Shown here: positions 21,932-34,124 of the stretch, piece by piece
Layout of the letters: each line of letters begins with the position of its first letter
How positions within the stretch are numbered: the stretch's first letter is position 1
Source: Intoshia linei
Lineage: Eukaryota > Animalia > Orthonectida
Direction of reading: 5' to 3'
Length of the DNA stretch: 34,124 bases
Assembly (NCBI GenBank): GCA_001642005.1
Contig: LWCA01000285.1
Coordinates: forward strand, 1 to 34,124
The notes under the pieces: generated by a model
The model's database searches: none
What the model saw: the letters and a program-made list of their open reading frames with translations, nothing else
What the model was told of the DNA's origin: nothing
Made by a program: the position numbers and the translations under genes

Positions 21932-24900
21932 ATGAGATTCTTACAGTATTATGGTATTGTCTATGTATTAGGGGTGTATTACAAACATTTTCTAATAATT
22001 TTTGTATTCATTCTGAGAAACCTGTTAAGTCAACCTAATGTAACCTTACATCCAAAAATTAAAAAAAATGTAAAAAATTGTACATTATTGTATTTACTAG
22101 ATATATCGACAGTATTACAAAATGTTATAAATAAATTTACACAAATTGAGATAAATTATGTGTACTATAATATTTCCGAAAATATTGAAGAGCTGAACAA
22201 AAATGATGCAATTAATTCCAATTTATCAATATATGAAATTCTCCAAAAGTAATTATTCTATTATTATTATTAAGTAATATTTCTATTTATGTAATGGATA
22301 AATAAAAAATAGGAAAAAAGTACATTTTTTCAAACTTTTACACAAAACAAAATAAGGTAGACCTCATAACAAATAATGTTAAATTTTTAAATAATAACCG
22401 AACTGTAGTTTATCAATATTTTTAACAAATTTTGATTATATATAACGAACCATCTCAACGTTTATGACACCCACTAAAACATATGAGTAAATGTTGGCCA
22501 TTCTTAACACATTTATATACAACTTCTAATTTATATAAGTAAGGATCTGTTCTATAATTATTGCACTGATACAGTTTATCTAAGGTTTATACACCTTTTT
22601 GCTAGTGATTGTGCCGGGAATTTAATTTCCCGGGATTTCCCGAAAAAAATTGAAACATACCTGTATTTGATTTATTTTTGATATTACTATGAAAATATGA
22701 TTATATTATAATATTTAAAATTTACCATTTCAAAAATCATATTTCAAGCCTTCATGGAAAAATTGTCTTACACCGATTTCTTTTCAAAAATTCGATTTTA
22801 CGAAATCTTATGGAAAAAATCCACTTCATCAAACCACAAATAAAAAATCTAATTTTTCAGCCCTTAATAGAAAAATATCCTTTTTCCAATACTTTTTTTA
22901 AAACATTCTTATGCCAACCACAAGTTACTTACGCTTAAGGGAATTATTCTCTTTTTCCAAAATTATTTTTAAAAATATTATGAGTTGTTGGGAACTGGAA
23001 CGCGATCATCAAGATTGTTAAAATTAAAGGAAGCCCTTATGACCGTTCAACCTACATCAACACAAAATGAAAGAAATTTCTCTACTGCTTCTAATTTCGT
23101 TACAAAACGTAGAACGCGTTTAAATGACGAATCTATCAATATTATGTGTGATGTAAAACACTTTTTCAACAATCTAAAATAAAAAAATTTTTTTTTAATC
23201 AAATTGGTAAATTTCAATCTAGATTCGTGTTATTTTATTAATTAAATTTATTTTTGTTTTTAAAATTAATTAAGGTCTCTAAATTTTTTAATGCTTCTAT
23301 GTTATATATGAATAAAAATTTTTTATTTTTCTCGGGAAATCACAATCACTACTTTTTCCTTCATACAAACTCAGTAATATTTAATTGAATTATAATGCAA
23401 ATTATTTAATAAATTTAGACAAATGAAATATCCATCTTACTGTGGAGAATTAGTTATATTTCTTTTAACTGGAGAAAAATATTACGGCCAACTTTTACCG
23501 GATACACTATCATCTGATCAACTTGTTTCAATTAATAAAAGTCTGCATATTTTACAAGAATTTGAAATATTAAACTCTATAAATTCATTATATAAATCAG
23601 TCTATGTTGACGGTAAAATCCAATGTGGTAATCACAAACATGACTTAAATTATTCAATGATACGGCAACTTAATGATTCTGAAATTATACAAATTAAAAA
23701 TTCCATTATATCATTTTTAACTTTGGATGAAAAGAAAAGTTTGTTTAAGTAATTTTTAATGTGTATTGAGGTGTCATATTTTATTTTATTATATTTGAGA
23801 ATTTCAAGAACAATTAGTTCCTAATTTGTTTATTTAATATTAACCCTCTTATACACCAAAATATCATATATGAGATTTAATTCAAATAATTTATTACTCT
23901 ATAAACACGCCCATTTTTATTATTACTTAGATTATTATCACTATTATTAGATACATGTATTCTACAATTTTATCGCTTTTTTGAAATATTCAAGAATGTG
24001 GAGTCCACATTCCATTTGAATAATTAACTCTTTCACTGTCTGTGTATTCTATACTATATACAGCAATTTCACTTCACACGTCTGTATTCTATGATATACA
24101 CAGCATAATTTTGACAAATTTTATTCTTTTATTTTCATACATTTTCACATAGGTAGTTTAAAAATAATAAAAGTTTAAATTAAAACATAAATTCCAGACG
24201 TGTGGTGATAGTACATAAAATTGCATCAGAGAGTGAAAGGTTTAACAATATATAATTTTAGTTATGCCCATACTTTTTATTAGAGGCGTGTTTATTTGTA
24301 AAATTTAATCTTTTTTCTGTGGCTAGTTTAATTTTATTTGAACTACAGTAAATTCTGTCTATAAGAAGAGTTTTTGATTAGATTTTATAGAGAGAGTCGA
24401 ACATTAGTTTAGTTAAAATGGTCAAAACAATACGTACTTCACTTTTAGTTTATTTGGAATAAATTTTAAGCCAAAACTACTTATCTATGATGAATAAAAA
24501 TGTATATTATATATCTATAATTTATATATACACCCTAGTATATATAAATCACTTTTGCAGATCTCCCGTAAACGATGAAATTGAAAAATTGGAAAAAATG
24601 TTTAGTTCGGATACAATTTTTTATGTGAAAAGAAAAATAGTACAAAAAAAATCAAACAAAGCAAATTTTCACATAATTGACTTTCAAAAAAAGTCAGATA
24701 GTGTCAAATTGTTAGACAATAATGTATTTGATATGATTGGTTCGTCTATTGACATGTCAAATAAACATTTGAACGAACTATTTCTTAAAAGACTGGAAAA
24801 GAAAAGTAATTATTATTTTTATTTTAAACTAATTTGCGTTTCTTAAATTCTAGCACTTTTTTCGATTTATAAAAGGGTAATTTGGGTTTTAGCCATAAAG

Positions 24901-27900
24901 ATACTAAATTTTGAATTTTAAATTTATCTTACTTCCGTACCAAAAAAAATTGGCCGATATAGTGTTTTTTAATTTCATCCATTATCAATATTTTAAATAA
25001 ATGGCCTCACACTTTATAAAAGCAGGGATATATAAATAAAGGGTTCTACTAATAATATATAATTAATTGTTATAAAAACAATGTAGTTTAATATTCAAAT
25101 TTAGAATGGTATCATGAAATTATTCTCCAATCAGAAAATTTTTATAGTCTTCTAAAGTTAGATATAGAAAACTTAATATCGAAATTATGTATTTTTTTGC
25201 TTTTTAAGAAAAAATCGATAGATAAACTAGGTGATATTGAATTACACTTTCATCAACAAAAATTTTCAAAATTTTTTAAATTAAACCTTTTATTTGAAAA
25301 TTATGATTTATTGAATATATCAATTGAAAATCTTGAAAAATCTTGGATAAATAAAGATAATTCAAATCTGGATGTATTTAATGATATTTATAAAGATATT
25401 CAATGCAAATACACTGAAGATATGTTTAGTGATTTACTTGATGCAAAAATTGTCATCTTCAAATCTCACAATGTAAGATGTTTTCAAAAAATGTTAAAAT
25501 TTGTGCACTTGACAGTTTTAAAACAAAATTGTGACATTACATATATTTATTTAAATTTCAATAATTCAATAAATTCAAACAATTCAATTTTTTTTCAATG
25601 TTTAAAAGTATTATTTTCAAATATTTTACCAAATTTACAATTTAATATTGATGATGATTATATATTGTACCTCAATTTTAAGGAATTTTTAAATTTATGG
25701 ACAAAGAATATCTTGAGTAATGTTTCAATTTCAAAAAATAAAAATATCGAGAAGGAAAAAAACAGTCAAAATGTTTTTTTTGGTAAAAATTACGATAGTG
25801 ATATTAATTTTTTTTGTGTGAATGAAAAAAATAACGACAATGACGATAATTTACAAAACATTGAATATATTTTTAATATTGTACAATTAGAAACCTTAAA
25901 TGATGATTTAAAAATAAAAGAAAATCTTGTATCAATAATTTTACGTATTGGAAACAGTCACACCAGTATAAATTATCTGATTGATTTAATATTACACATA
26001 CAATTTATACACATATTACTTGACGAAGTTTACAATAATAAAAGCTGTGTATACTTTTTCATATCTTCGTCTCAAGAGTTATCAAATTTAATAGATAAAA
26101 TAAAGAAAAATGTATATACAAATATCTTTAATAATAACGCTATGGATTATAAGGAGGATCTTGAATCAATAAATTTTGATAAAATTGAGGCATGGAAAAA
26201 GAAATATATTTTTTTAAGTGATGTGTGTCAAATTTCGGATATATCTAAAATTGAAATGTTAAAATCTGAATTGACTTTTTTAAATATGGATAATCTTAGT
26301 AATACATATATGAAGAAATCATGCTATAATGAATATAATATTATTGATGGTGTTACATTCAAAAAAACCAAAATCTTTAAAACATACAGTCTGTACATTA
26401 TTAATATAATATTATTGAAAAATACATCCTTTAAACAGTTATTTTTTAATTTGATGGAATTATCAAAAGTTTATAAACTTGAAACTATCAGTTTTATGGA
26501 ATTTTATATAGTTTTTAACTCTCTCACTCAATATTTTTACTTTCAACATAGCAATGGCCGAACAGTAGTTCAGTTAAGGACTCAATATCAAGAAATTATA
26601 ATAAAAATCTATATTGGTATGGTTTTATTATATAACAATACTATGTTGACTATTATGTACTATGTACAAACAGCACCTAGCTCTGCTGACGGTACATTTT
26701 TATTCCGGTATTTTATTTTGGTTTTGATTATGCAGGTATGCGTTTCTGAGGCTGAGATTAACGACAATGTTAATGATTTTAAAACGCGTCCCAGACTGTA
26801 TGTTTTATTAAATTTTTGTGCTGGTTTATTTTTTAAACTGAAGGGAAAATTGGGTTTTTGACCGTGAAGGACTCAAATTCTGACTTTTGACTGATTTTTC
26901 TAACTCTCAAAACATTACAATCTTTTTGAATTTTAAAATTATTTTAATTATTTTTCAATAAAGAACATAAACTTTATTAAATCATGTTGTTATACATTTA
27001 GTATCAAGTGTACCCTGTCAAATTTTAAGTGCCCAGTGGAAAAAATCGGGCGACCCTAAGAGTAGAAGCCTTAAAGTGAACACTGACGGTAACTATCTGA
27101 ACTGGTACGAGCTAGTGATACTATTACAGTCAAAATCTCATTTAACAAATGTCGAAATTTTATTTTCTATATAAATATAATGGGTAATAAATAAATAAAT
27201 GATATTAGCAAAGTTGTATTACTTTTAGTTTCGTTGTTGTAGTTTTTATTTAAATTTTATTCAAAGTGTTTTGAAAATGAGAATTTGAAATTTAAAAATT
27301 ACGTAGTAATGAAAAAAATTTCGAAGGAATAAATTATATAAATTTTTACCCATATTTCTTTATTGGAAATGTGTAGACGTTCAATGCACATTTTTTTTGA
27401 ATTGTAGATTTAAATTTTCAATTTTTATTCGAATCGAAATATTTGAAAAATATTGGTTGATAATATATTAAAAATGATTTTTCATCGGGAATGCGTAGAT
27501 TTTTCGGGTTGAACTTATGTATTTATATTAACTGGACTAAGCTTTATCAGAATAATTTTTTTTAATTTTTGGACCGTTAATTATTTCACATTTTTTTTTT
27601 AATAAAATAATTCGGAAAAAAATATATGAATACTAAAATGCTTTTTTGACCGTGAAGTCGTCACTTATTCAGATTTAAATTTTAGTGTGTGTTAACAGGA
27701 TACAACTGTACCATCTGTAAATTTTTTTAAATTCTAGGTTTGTTTTCATTAAAAAAAGAAAGGTAATTTGTGGTTTTGGCCCTGAAGATATAATTTTTTT
27801 TAATTTAAATTTATGATAATGTTTATGATTTTAAAATCCGTATCAGCGTATATATTTTTTTAATTCTCTAACATGTTTGATTTTCAAAAAAAAGGAGAAT

Positions 27901-30900
27901 TAAGATTTTTGATGCGTAAGATGTGAGTTTGGGAAATTGAAATTTATCTTATTACATGTCCCGGAAAAAACTGTGATTGAAATGTTAACTTTATAAAATT
28001 CTAAGACTGGTAGTTATATTAATAAAGTGGAATACACACACACAAACAAATATTTAGTAGCATATTATATAAGTAAGGATTATCTTATTCAGATAAAAGA
28101 AATTTAGGGATGGCGGGTTCCCATCATGATTATTACATGAATAAAGAAAGTTGAATCGTATCATCGTGTTCGCATTGAATCGTTTTATATTAATTTGTCT
28201 ACGTTTATTAATTCAAATTAATATAAATTTTAACGGTTGGATGATAATTAACATATCAATGAAATAAATATAATTTTAAATATTTTTTGAATTGTTTTAT
28301 TAAATATTTAGTAAAATCGAATTATTTAGATAAACTTAAATTTCTCTGATGGAATATTCTTTGGTATCGTCTACACTACCCATTTATGCTATAATATGGA
28401 CAGATTATAAAATCTAATGGAATTTATTTTTTGGGATGATTCTGATTTTAAATGATTTTTGTTAAATACATTTACTGATATAAATAACATAAATATGATG
28501 AATACAAAATTTTCAATTTTTTGTAATTTACGATTGACTAATTAAATAAACAATTTAATGGTCAGTCATTCGTTTTCTAACATCGTTAACCTACTAAAAA
28601 TAGTAATAATTGTAATAATAATGATACAAAATTAATAAGTAATAAACTAAAGTTCAAATTTCTAAAATAATGAATATCATGCGTTTTAAAAAATAGGCGG
28701 AGAAAATTTTAATTAAACGTTTTAATTAATGCATATTCGTGATCAGCACACAAAAACACACCTATATGCAAATATACCTTTTATTCTTTAAAAAAGTGCA
28801 CATCCTATTACACACACATTCATTTTTATATTTTTATAAGTAAAGGATATTCCTTTTAGTTATAACAATACATTACTTTTAGACGAAACTTTAAAATCAA
28901 AATATGCAAAACAAATTTTAAAAAATGTTTACGACTATCTAATTAAAAAGCATGTAAACTCAATTTCATTATATAACGAAAATTTTGAAATAGTGGATAA
29001 TATGAATAAAAATGATATAAAAAAAATGGAATGTGAATTTTTTATTAATTTTGTAGACTTCTCAAAGATGAAATATAAAACTTTGTTAAAAAAAAAAACA
29101 ATCAATAATATGTTAATAATGGATAACTTAATAAATGAATCAATTCAATTTTTCCATTCCATAAAATTACTCGAATCAGTTAATTTAGATATTACTGAAA
29201 ATGAAGATGAAAAACTAAAAAATTATGTAATATTCATTACAAACCCATTTGTTATTAAATGGTTATTTGAAAAAAATGAATTGCACCAAATTTTCAAATA
29301 TGGGCGTTTATGTTTTAAAAATGTTAAAAACTTATTGTGTAAGAATATAATGACGTTTAAAAATACACAAAAGAATTCTGACGAAACGCATCAATCGAAT
29401 AAATACCATAATAGCTTAAATCTTTCCAATGAAATAAAACTGCACGATCAAAAACAAACCAATGAATGTATTTATGCAATTAATGTGAAACAATTACATA
29501 AATGTAAATATATTGATAAAAATGTATCTATTCTGAATTTTGTGTTAAATCAATATTTTAAGTTTTACAATATTTTGAATTCTGATAATGTTTACAATTT
29601 TGGTGTTTATATATATTGCATTTTACAACATAATTTATTAGTCGATCAAAAAAAAGTTAATGACATGCAATATGAACCAAGCGAAATTAATAAAACCAAT
29701 GGTCACAATGATGAAAGTGTTATGAATAAAATTATAAACTTGAATGGAAGTAAAGAACAATTTGACACATACATAGACAAACCAATCAACACTTTAGAGT
29801 CAAATTTAAATCTACAATTGAAAAACAAAAATGACCAAATTATCACGGAAAATAAATTGAAACTTTTTCCAGTTAATATTATGGATACTGAAAATTTATT
29901 AAGCATAGACATATTAAAATGTTTTAAATTAAAATCAAAATTATTACGAGTAAAGTACATTTCAACATTCTTAATATATGTAGAATATGAATTCGAACCT
30001 CAGAAAGAAAGAGACAAAGTGATGAATAATGAAGGAAATATTTGTCAGAATATAAATATGATATTGAATACATTAAATGGAAAAATAATTACGTTGGATG
30101 ATTACATACAACAAGATTCTTATCCACCTAGCAAATATTATTATTATAGTCAATATTTTGAAATAAACGAAATTGTCAACAACGAGTCCAAAAAATCACT
30201 TCCAGAATTCATTAACCCACAGTTAAATTTTCATAATTTAAACCAAAGAGTTGAAGTCCCTCAAACTATGCCAAATTTTGAAATAAAAATTACTACAGAA
30301 AGTAATAGTTTGCGTAAAAAACTAAAGGAAAATATTGATGTTAATAAAAGTATCAAAACTTTGAGTAGTCTCAATGACAGTTCTGTAAATGAAATAATTA
30401 TTCAAAAAGGAAAAATTTGTGATTTAAATGATCATTATTTTGTTCAATATATGGTAAAAAGTAATTACATTATGGTAATGGATTATAAAAATTTAAATAA
30501 AAAATATTATATTAAGAATATTTTTAAAGAAAAAGTAATTAAAATTTGTTGCATGAATGCAGGTAGAACTAAAACTGATATAATAGATAAATTCTATTTA
30601 TGCAGTGAATATGGATCAATTGCAATTTTCTCAGTAAATGATGGAATGTATCGTATATTAAACGTAGACATGAATAGCAAAGAATTTATGAATAGTTATA
30701 AAGTTGGTAATAATAAAATAGATGATAAAGAGTGCATAAAAGAAAAACAATGGACAAATGTAACCATTATAGACATAAACAAATTGTACGACGCAATAGA
30801 AAAAAAACGTTCAAGTCTTACAAATTCTCAAACATCTGTAAATCATAAAAATGGCGATGCTTATCCAACCTGTCGTGATTTTGTTTGTTGTGGTAATTAT

Positions 30901-32898
30901 ATTTTCAGAATTGATTCAGATTGTGCCATGTTATTATGTGATGGAAAAGTGGAGGTTTTAATTAATTGCTCATATTTCAATACGTACTACTTAACAAGTG
31001 TATTGTCTATATTAGATGGACTCACATCAAATGTATATAAAAAGAAAGCTACAAATCAACGTGAAAAAATTAAACTTAGATCTGCTGGTTTCATTAAAAA
31101 GGGGCAATCATCCAATAATAGATTACACCGCTCAAATACAATAACGTCAACATATGTAAATAAATCATATAACAGTGACTCAAACTCGCAAAAATCAACA
31201 GAATCAAGTTTGTTCACTCAAATACATCAAAATAATAACACGGTATTTATTGCATTCACCGGAAAATGTTTCCAAATTTACGTGTTCCAGTTAACATTAG
31301 AAAAAAAGTATATAGATAGTCTTAAATTTAAAAAACAATGTATCAATCTATTCGATTCCAATATTTTTAAAAATGAAATCAAGTCTAGAGAAACATGGAA
31401 TAAATGCGAAATTTTTACAAAAAAATATACTTTTTCTAATTTCATTCTAACAGGACACAGCGGATGGATTTGGTGTATTAAAATCAATTCAAATTTAAAC
31501 TTATTAGCATCTGCTTCCTCAGATAAATCCATAAGATTATGGAATTTAAAAACAAAATCTATTCATCAAATTTTACAGAATCATCATCATAGAGTTTCAC
31601 ATATTGATTTTAATTTGGATTTAAATTCAATAGCTTCAGTTTCATTTGATGGACGTATAATAATATGGGATTTGATGCCAATTGATTTTAACTCTTCAAA
31701 TTCAATTAATAATTATGCATTTTTTTTAACTATTTATGAAAATTATTTTCTTTTTATGGATCAAAATTTACTTGTTATATCAAAATTTGATTTGGATCAT
31801 AATGCTCAAATTTTATATTATGTTAATATAGAAAGTATTTGCAATTATTTTCATGTTATATGTTTTGATTCGTTCAGTGAAAAAAATGTTTCATTTTATG
31901 GAGACGAATTGATCCTTGCAATGTTTTGTTTGTCCAATGAAAATGAAGTAATTACAACCAATTATTTTAATTTATAGATGTTGTATTTGTATCTATGATA
32001 CATTGAAATGTGACTGTTGACTGTAACAATTTTTCAATAAATAGTTACACCCACCTCACAAGGAGAGAGATAAAATAAAAAAGACGTATAAAAGAAAAGG
32101 ATATAATACTTTTTTACCCTGATAGACCTATAATATCCACAGACACATACACAAACAATCAATTTTATATAAGTAAATTATAATTATATTGGTATACATA
32201 ATAATACATCGATATACTTATATCGAATTGTATCCATAGTATGGATTCCATACTAAAAGTAGAATAGTGTCAATGAATAATATAAAATTTTAATTTTTTA
32301 ATTTTAATTTTAATAAAATTTTAGAAAAAAGTTGGAATATTAATTATATTAAAATGGGATAAAGAAACAAAAGAATTAAATGAAAATAATGTTATAAAAA
32401 TATGCAATAATGTAGTCAGTGTCTGCTTTTGGTCCAATTTATTATATATACGTAATTTATATATTATACAGTGTTGTGGACTGATATAAATACTATTCTG
32501 CATTTATATAAATACTATTGTGAATTCATATACGGACTATTGTGCAGTCATATATCAGTGAACAACACTACATTATAGTATGGAAGTGATGAAGAAAATA
32601 AATTATATATATTATAAAAAGAAATGATACATATAGTTGATCGTAACTCATATGATCATGTATAATTCATCGCATTCACTATTTAAAATGTGAGACAATA
32701 TATATTATTTGTGATAATAAATTATTATTATTAGTTCAAAATGGAACAATATCCTGGTACGATTTTGAGAAAGAAGAAGATACATCCACTGATACAATAT
32801 TGCACTATACATTGCCTTGCAAAATGATGGTTGATTCCAAATTTATATATTTGTTCACACAAAAAAATGTCAATATATATAATAGGTTTTCAGTTTAA
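21932..32898 (+). CDS. NACHT and WD40 repeat protein (NWD1/NWD2-like), highly diverged, ~1850 aa; exons 22101-22248, 23419-23748, 24561-24805, 25105-26564, 28330-28363, 28883-31947, 32325-32451, 32735-32898; 5' end (ATG 21932 or 21846) and last exon uncertain
   Basis: All listed junctions are GT-AG with matching phases. NWD-type landmarks appear in order: IFLLTGEKYYGQLLP (cf. FLGQKYGYRPLP), SPVNDEI...IFYVKRKI (cf. SVTEQEI...CYVREI), a NACHT-register region, FNSLTQYFYFQHSNGRT|INLNF, then clear WD40 repeats (LTGHSGWIWCIKINSNLNLLASASSDKSIRLWNL; HHHRVSHIDFNLDLNSIASVSFDGRIIIWDL). Confidence 0.7.
22603..23351 (+). mobile_element. Internally deleted hAT element retaining the transposase C-terminal dimerisation domain (22985-23182), intronic in the NWD-like gene
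   Basis: TIR TAGTGATTGTG...CACAATCACTA, TSD CTTTTTGC/CTTTTTCC (7/8) and subterminal CCCGGGA motifs. Peptide ALMTVQPTSTQNERNFSTASNFVTKRRTRLNDESINIMC. Confidence 0.92.
24028..24241. mobile_element. piggyBac-like MITE
   Basis: TTAA|CTCTTTCACTGTCTG ... CAGAGAGTGAAAGGT|TTAA, with an internal direct repeat TGTATTCTAT. Confidence 0.75.
27230..28080 (-). mobile_element. Helitron-like family A, copy 4 (longest), intronic in the NWD-like gene
   Basis: High similarity to 691-1143 and 20380-20950, with the same terminus at 28080. Confidence 0.75.
32469..32570. mobile_element. ~100-bp MITE
   Basis: Inverted ends AGTGTTGTGGACTGATATA / TATATCAGTGAACAACACT. Confidence 0.6.
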
Positions 32899-33245
32899 AA
32901 CTACATTAGATTCAGATTTAGCTGACCTTTTGTGGTGAATATAGGTTTATATGACCCGCATATAAACCAATGCTTGCCAACGCGGTTCATATGGATCAAA
33001 AGTAATCCACGGCGAAATCAAATATTAACCATGCAATTAAATATATTTATTAAACTTCTACTTATACATTATTAATGTATATTTTGAAGGATATCTTAAT
33101 ATAATAATGATTATTATCTTGTACTAAAAATTCCGAGAAATTAACTAAATAACTAATAATTAAAATTTTGAAATATGTATCTCAAAACTATGTGAAAAAC
33201 GCATAAAAATTAAAAAAGGTAATTTAATTATATTTAACAGCAATT

Positions 33246-33535
33246 TTAATACTTGGTTATATTTCCTCCTTTTGCTTCTAGCACTTCGACCAATCTTGCG
33301 GGAAATGATTATACCAATTGTTTTATTTCCTGGATTTCAAGGGCTTCCCATATATTTAATGGTTGAATTTAATTCAGAAATACTATTATAAACTTTAGTT
33401 ATAAGATATATAGTCAACGAACCATTATTACCCAAAGGTTTTTTATGGGATTGCAGTCAGGACTATATGGTAGTCAATCAAGATCTTTTATGTTATTTTA
33501 ACTTATAAAATCTCGTTTCCGTTTATATGAACGTA
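33246..33535 (-). pseudogene. Decayed Tc1-family transposase C-terminus
   Basis: Minus strand reads NNIKDLD*LPYSPDCNPIKNLWVIM (cf. LDWPPYSPDLNPIENLW) and IWEALEIQEIKQLV*SFPARLVEVLEAKGGNITKY*, with stops and a frameshift. Confidence 0.85.
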
Positions 33536-33540
33536 AAATC

Positions 33541-33806
33541 ACATGATTGTAGTTTATTAATCGTAAATCAAAAGATCGTATTTTATAATTGTAGTTAATA
33601 TAAATTTTAAAGTATGATAATATTTGATCGTAGATTTACAAACCCAAGTTAAAACTGAAATATTAAGATACCATATTATAGCTACAAACCGTATTACAAA
33701 AAAATTAGAAATATTCTATGGTGTTCACACCAGATAATATTTTTTTATCTAATTCAATTATAAATTTTAATATTAGTATATTTTTACGATCTTTTGATAG
33801 TGCGCC
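33541..33806 (-). mobile_element. PIF/Harbinger-like MITE family B copy, abutting the Tc1 relic
   Basis: Colinear with 18921-19237 and ends GATAGTGCGCC. Confidence 0.75.
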
Positions 33807-34124
33807 ATAAAATCTATACAATTTTTAAAATGGCAAGCTCTTCCACTAAATATTTTAAAAAAATTTTTTTTTTTACGATTATCGATGCGCAGACGCAGGA
33901 TAGACAACCAGTTCTTCTCAAAATTTTTATGTTTGCGGCGTACTGTATACTTTAGGGGTGTGAATTTTTTCACTTTTTTGCAAAAATACAAAAGTGCCAT
34001 CCCATACGTGGAAGATGGGGTTGAATGATACACAACTATCAAAAAATTATATAAAAAGGATTAAAAAAATCCTGGGGCAAAGCACTTCACAATATGAATA
34101 ATGAGCAAAATTTAATTTATTTTG

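Noticed and set aside
26565-26861. C-terminal ~100 aa of the 554-aa ORF
   Set aside because: It lies past a phase-0 donor that joins 28330, and it runs into family-A repeat sequence.
29703-32503. Antisense or alternative-frame ORFs (2407-2625, 4656-4976, 7162-7359, 29703-29960, 31278-31532, 32321-32503)
   Set aside because: Shadows of real exons on the other strand or in another frame.
33241-33391. Open plus-strand stretch after an AG as an additional NWD-like exon
   Set aside because: Better explained as the antisense of the Tc1 transposase relic, though exonisation cannot be excluded without RNA data.

Overview
Very AT-rich eukaryotic (probably metazoan) nuclear DNA with one 21-N scaffold gap, mostly tiny (35-48 nt) introns and fast-evolving proteins. 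That combination resembles a reduced parasite such as an orthonectid, which is an inference only. Reading splice sites by hand gives four genes that the ORF track fragments or mis-ends: (1) mitochondrial T7-type RNA polymerase POLRMT (+, 4 exons, 2042-5862, ending YFFS); (2) a 10-exon minus-strand gene (14822->7004) whose product keeps protein-kinase subdomain register but lacks the Gly-loop, HRD, DFG and most of the activation segment, and whose model needs one GT-AA intron; (3) a small plus-strand orphan starting MGNVC (17699-18835); (4) a ~1850-aa NWD1/NWD2-like NACHT-WD40 gene (~21.9-32.9 kb) with no recognisable Walker A. Intergenic DNA and long introns are filled with DNA-transposon relics: hAT elements with TIRs and TSDs, piggyBac-, pogo/Tigger-, Tc1- and PIF-like elements, and a multi-copy Helitron-like family, one copy of which encloses a Buster/ZBED5-type transposase fragment. 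I see no prokaryotic-style system (CRISPR, operon). All gene models and family calls come from reading the sequence, not from database searches.
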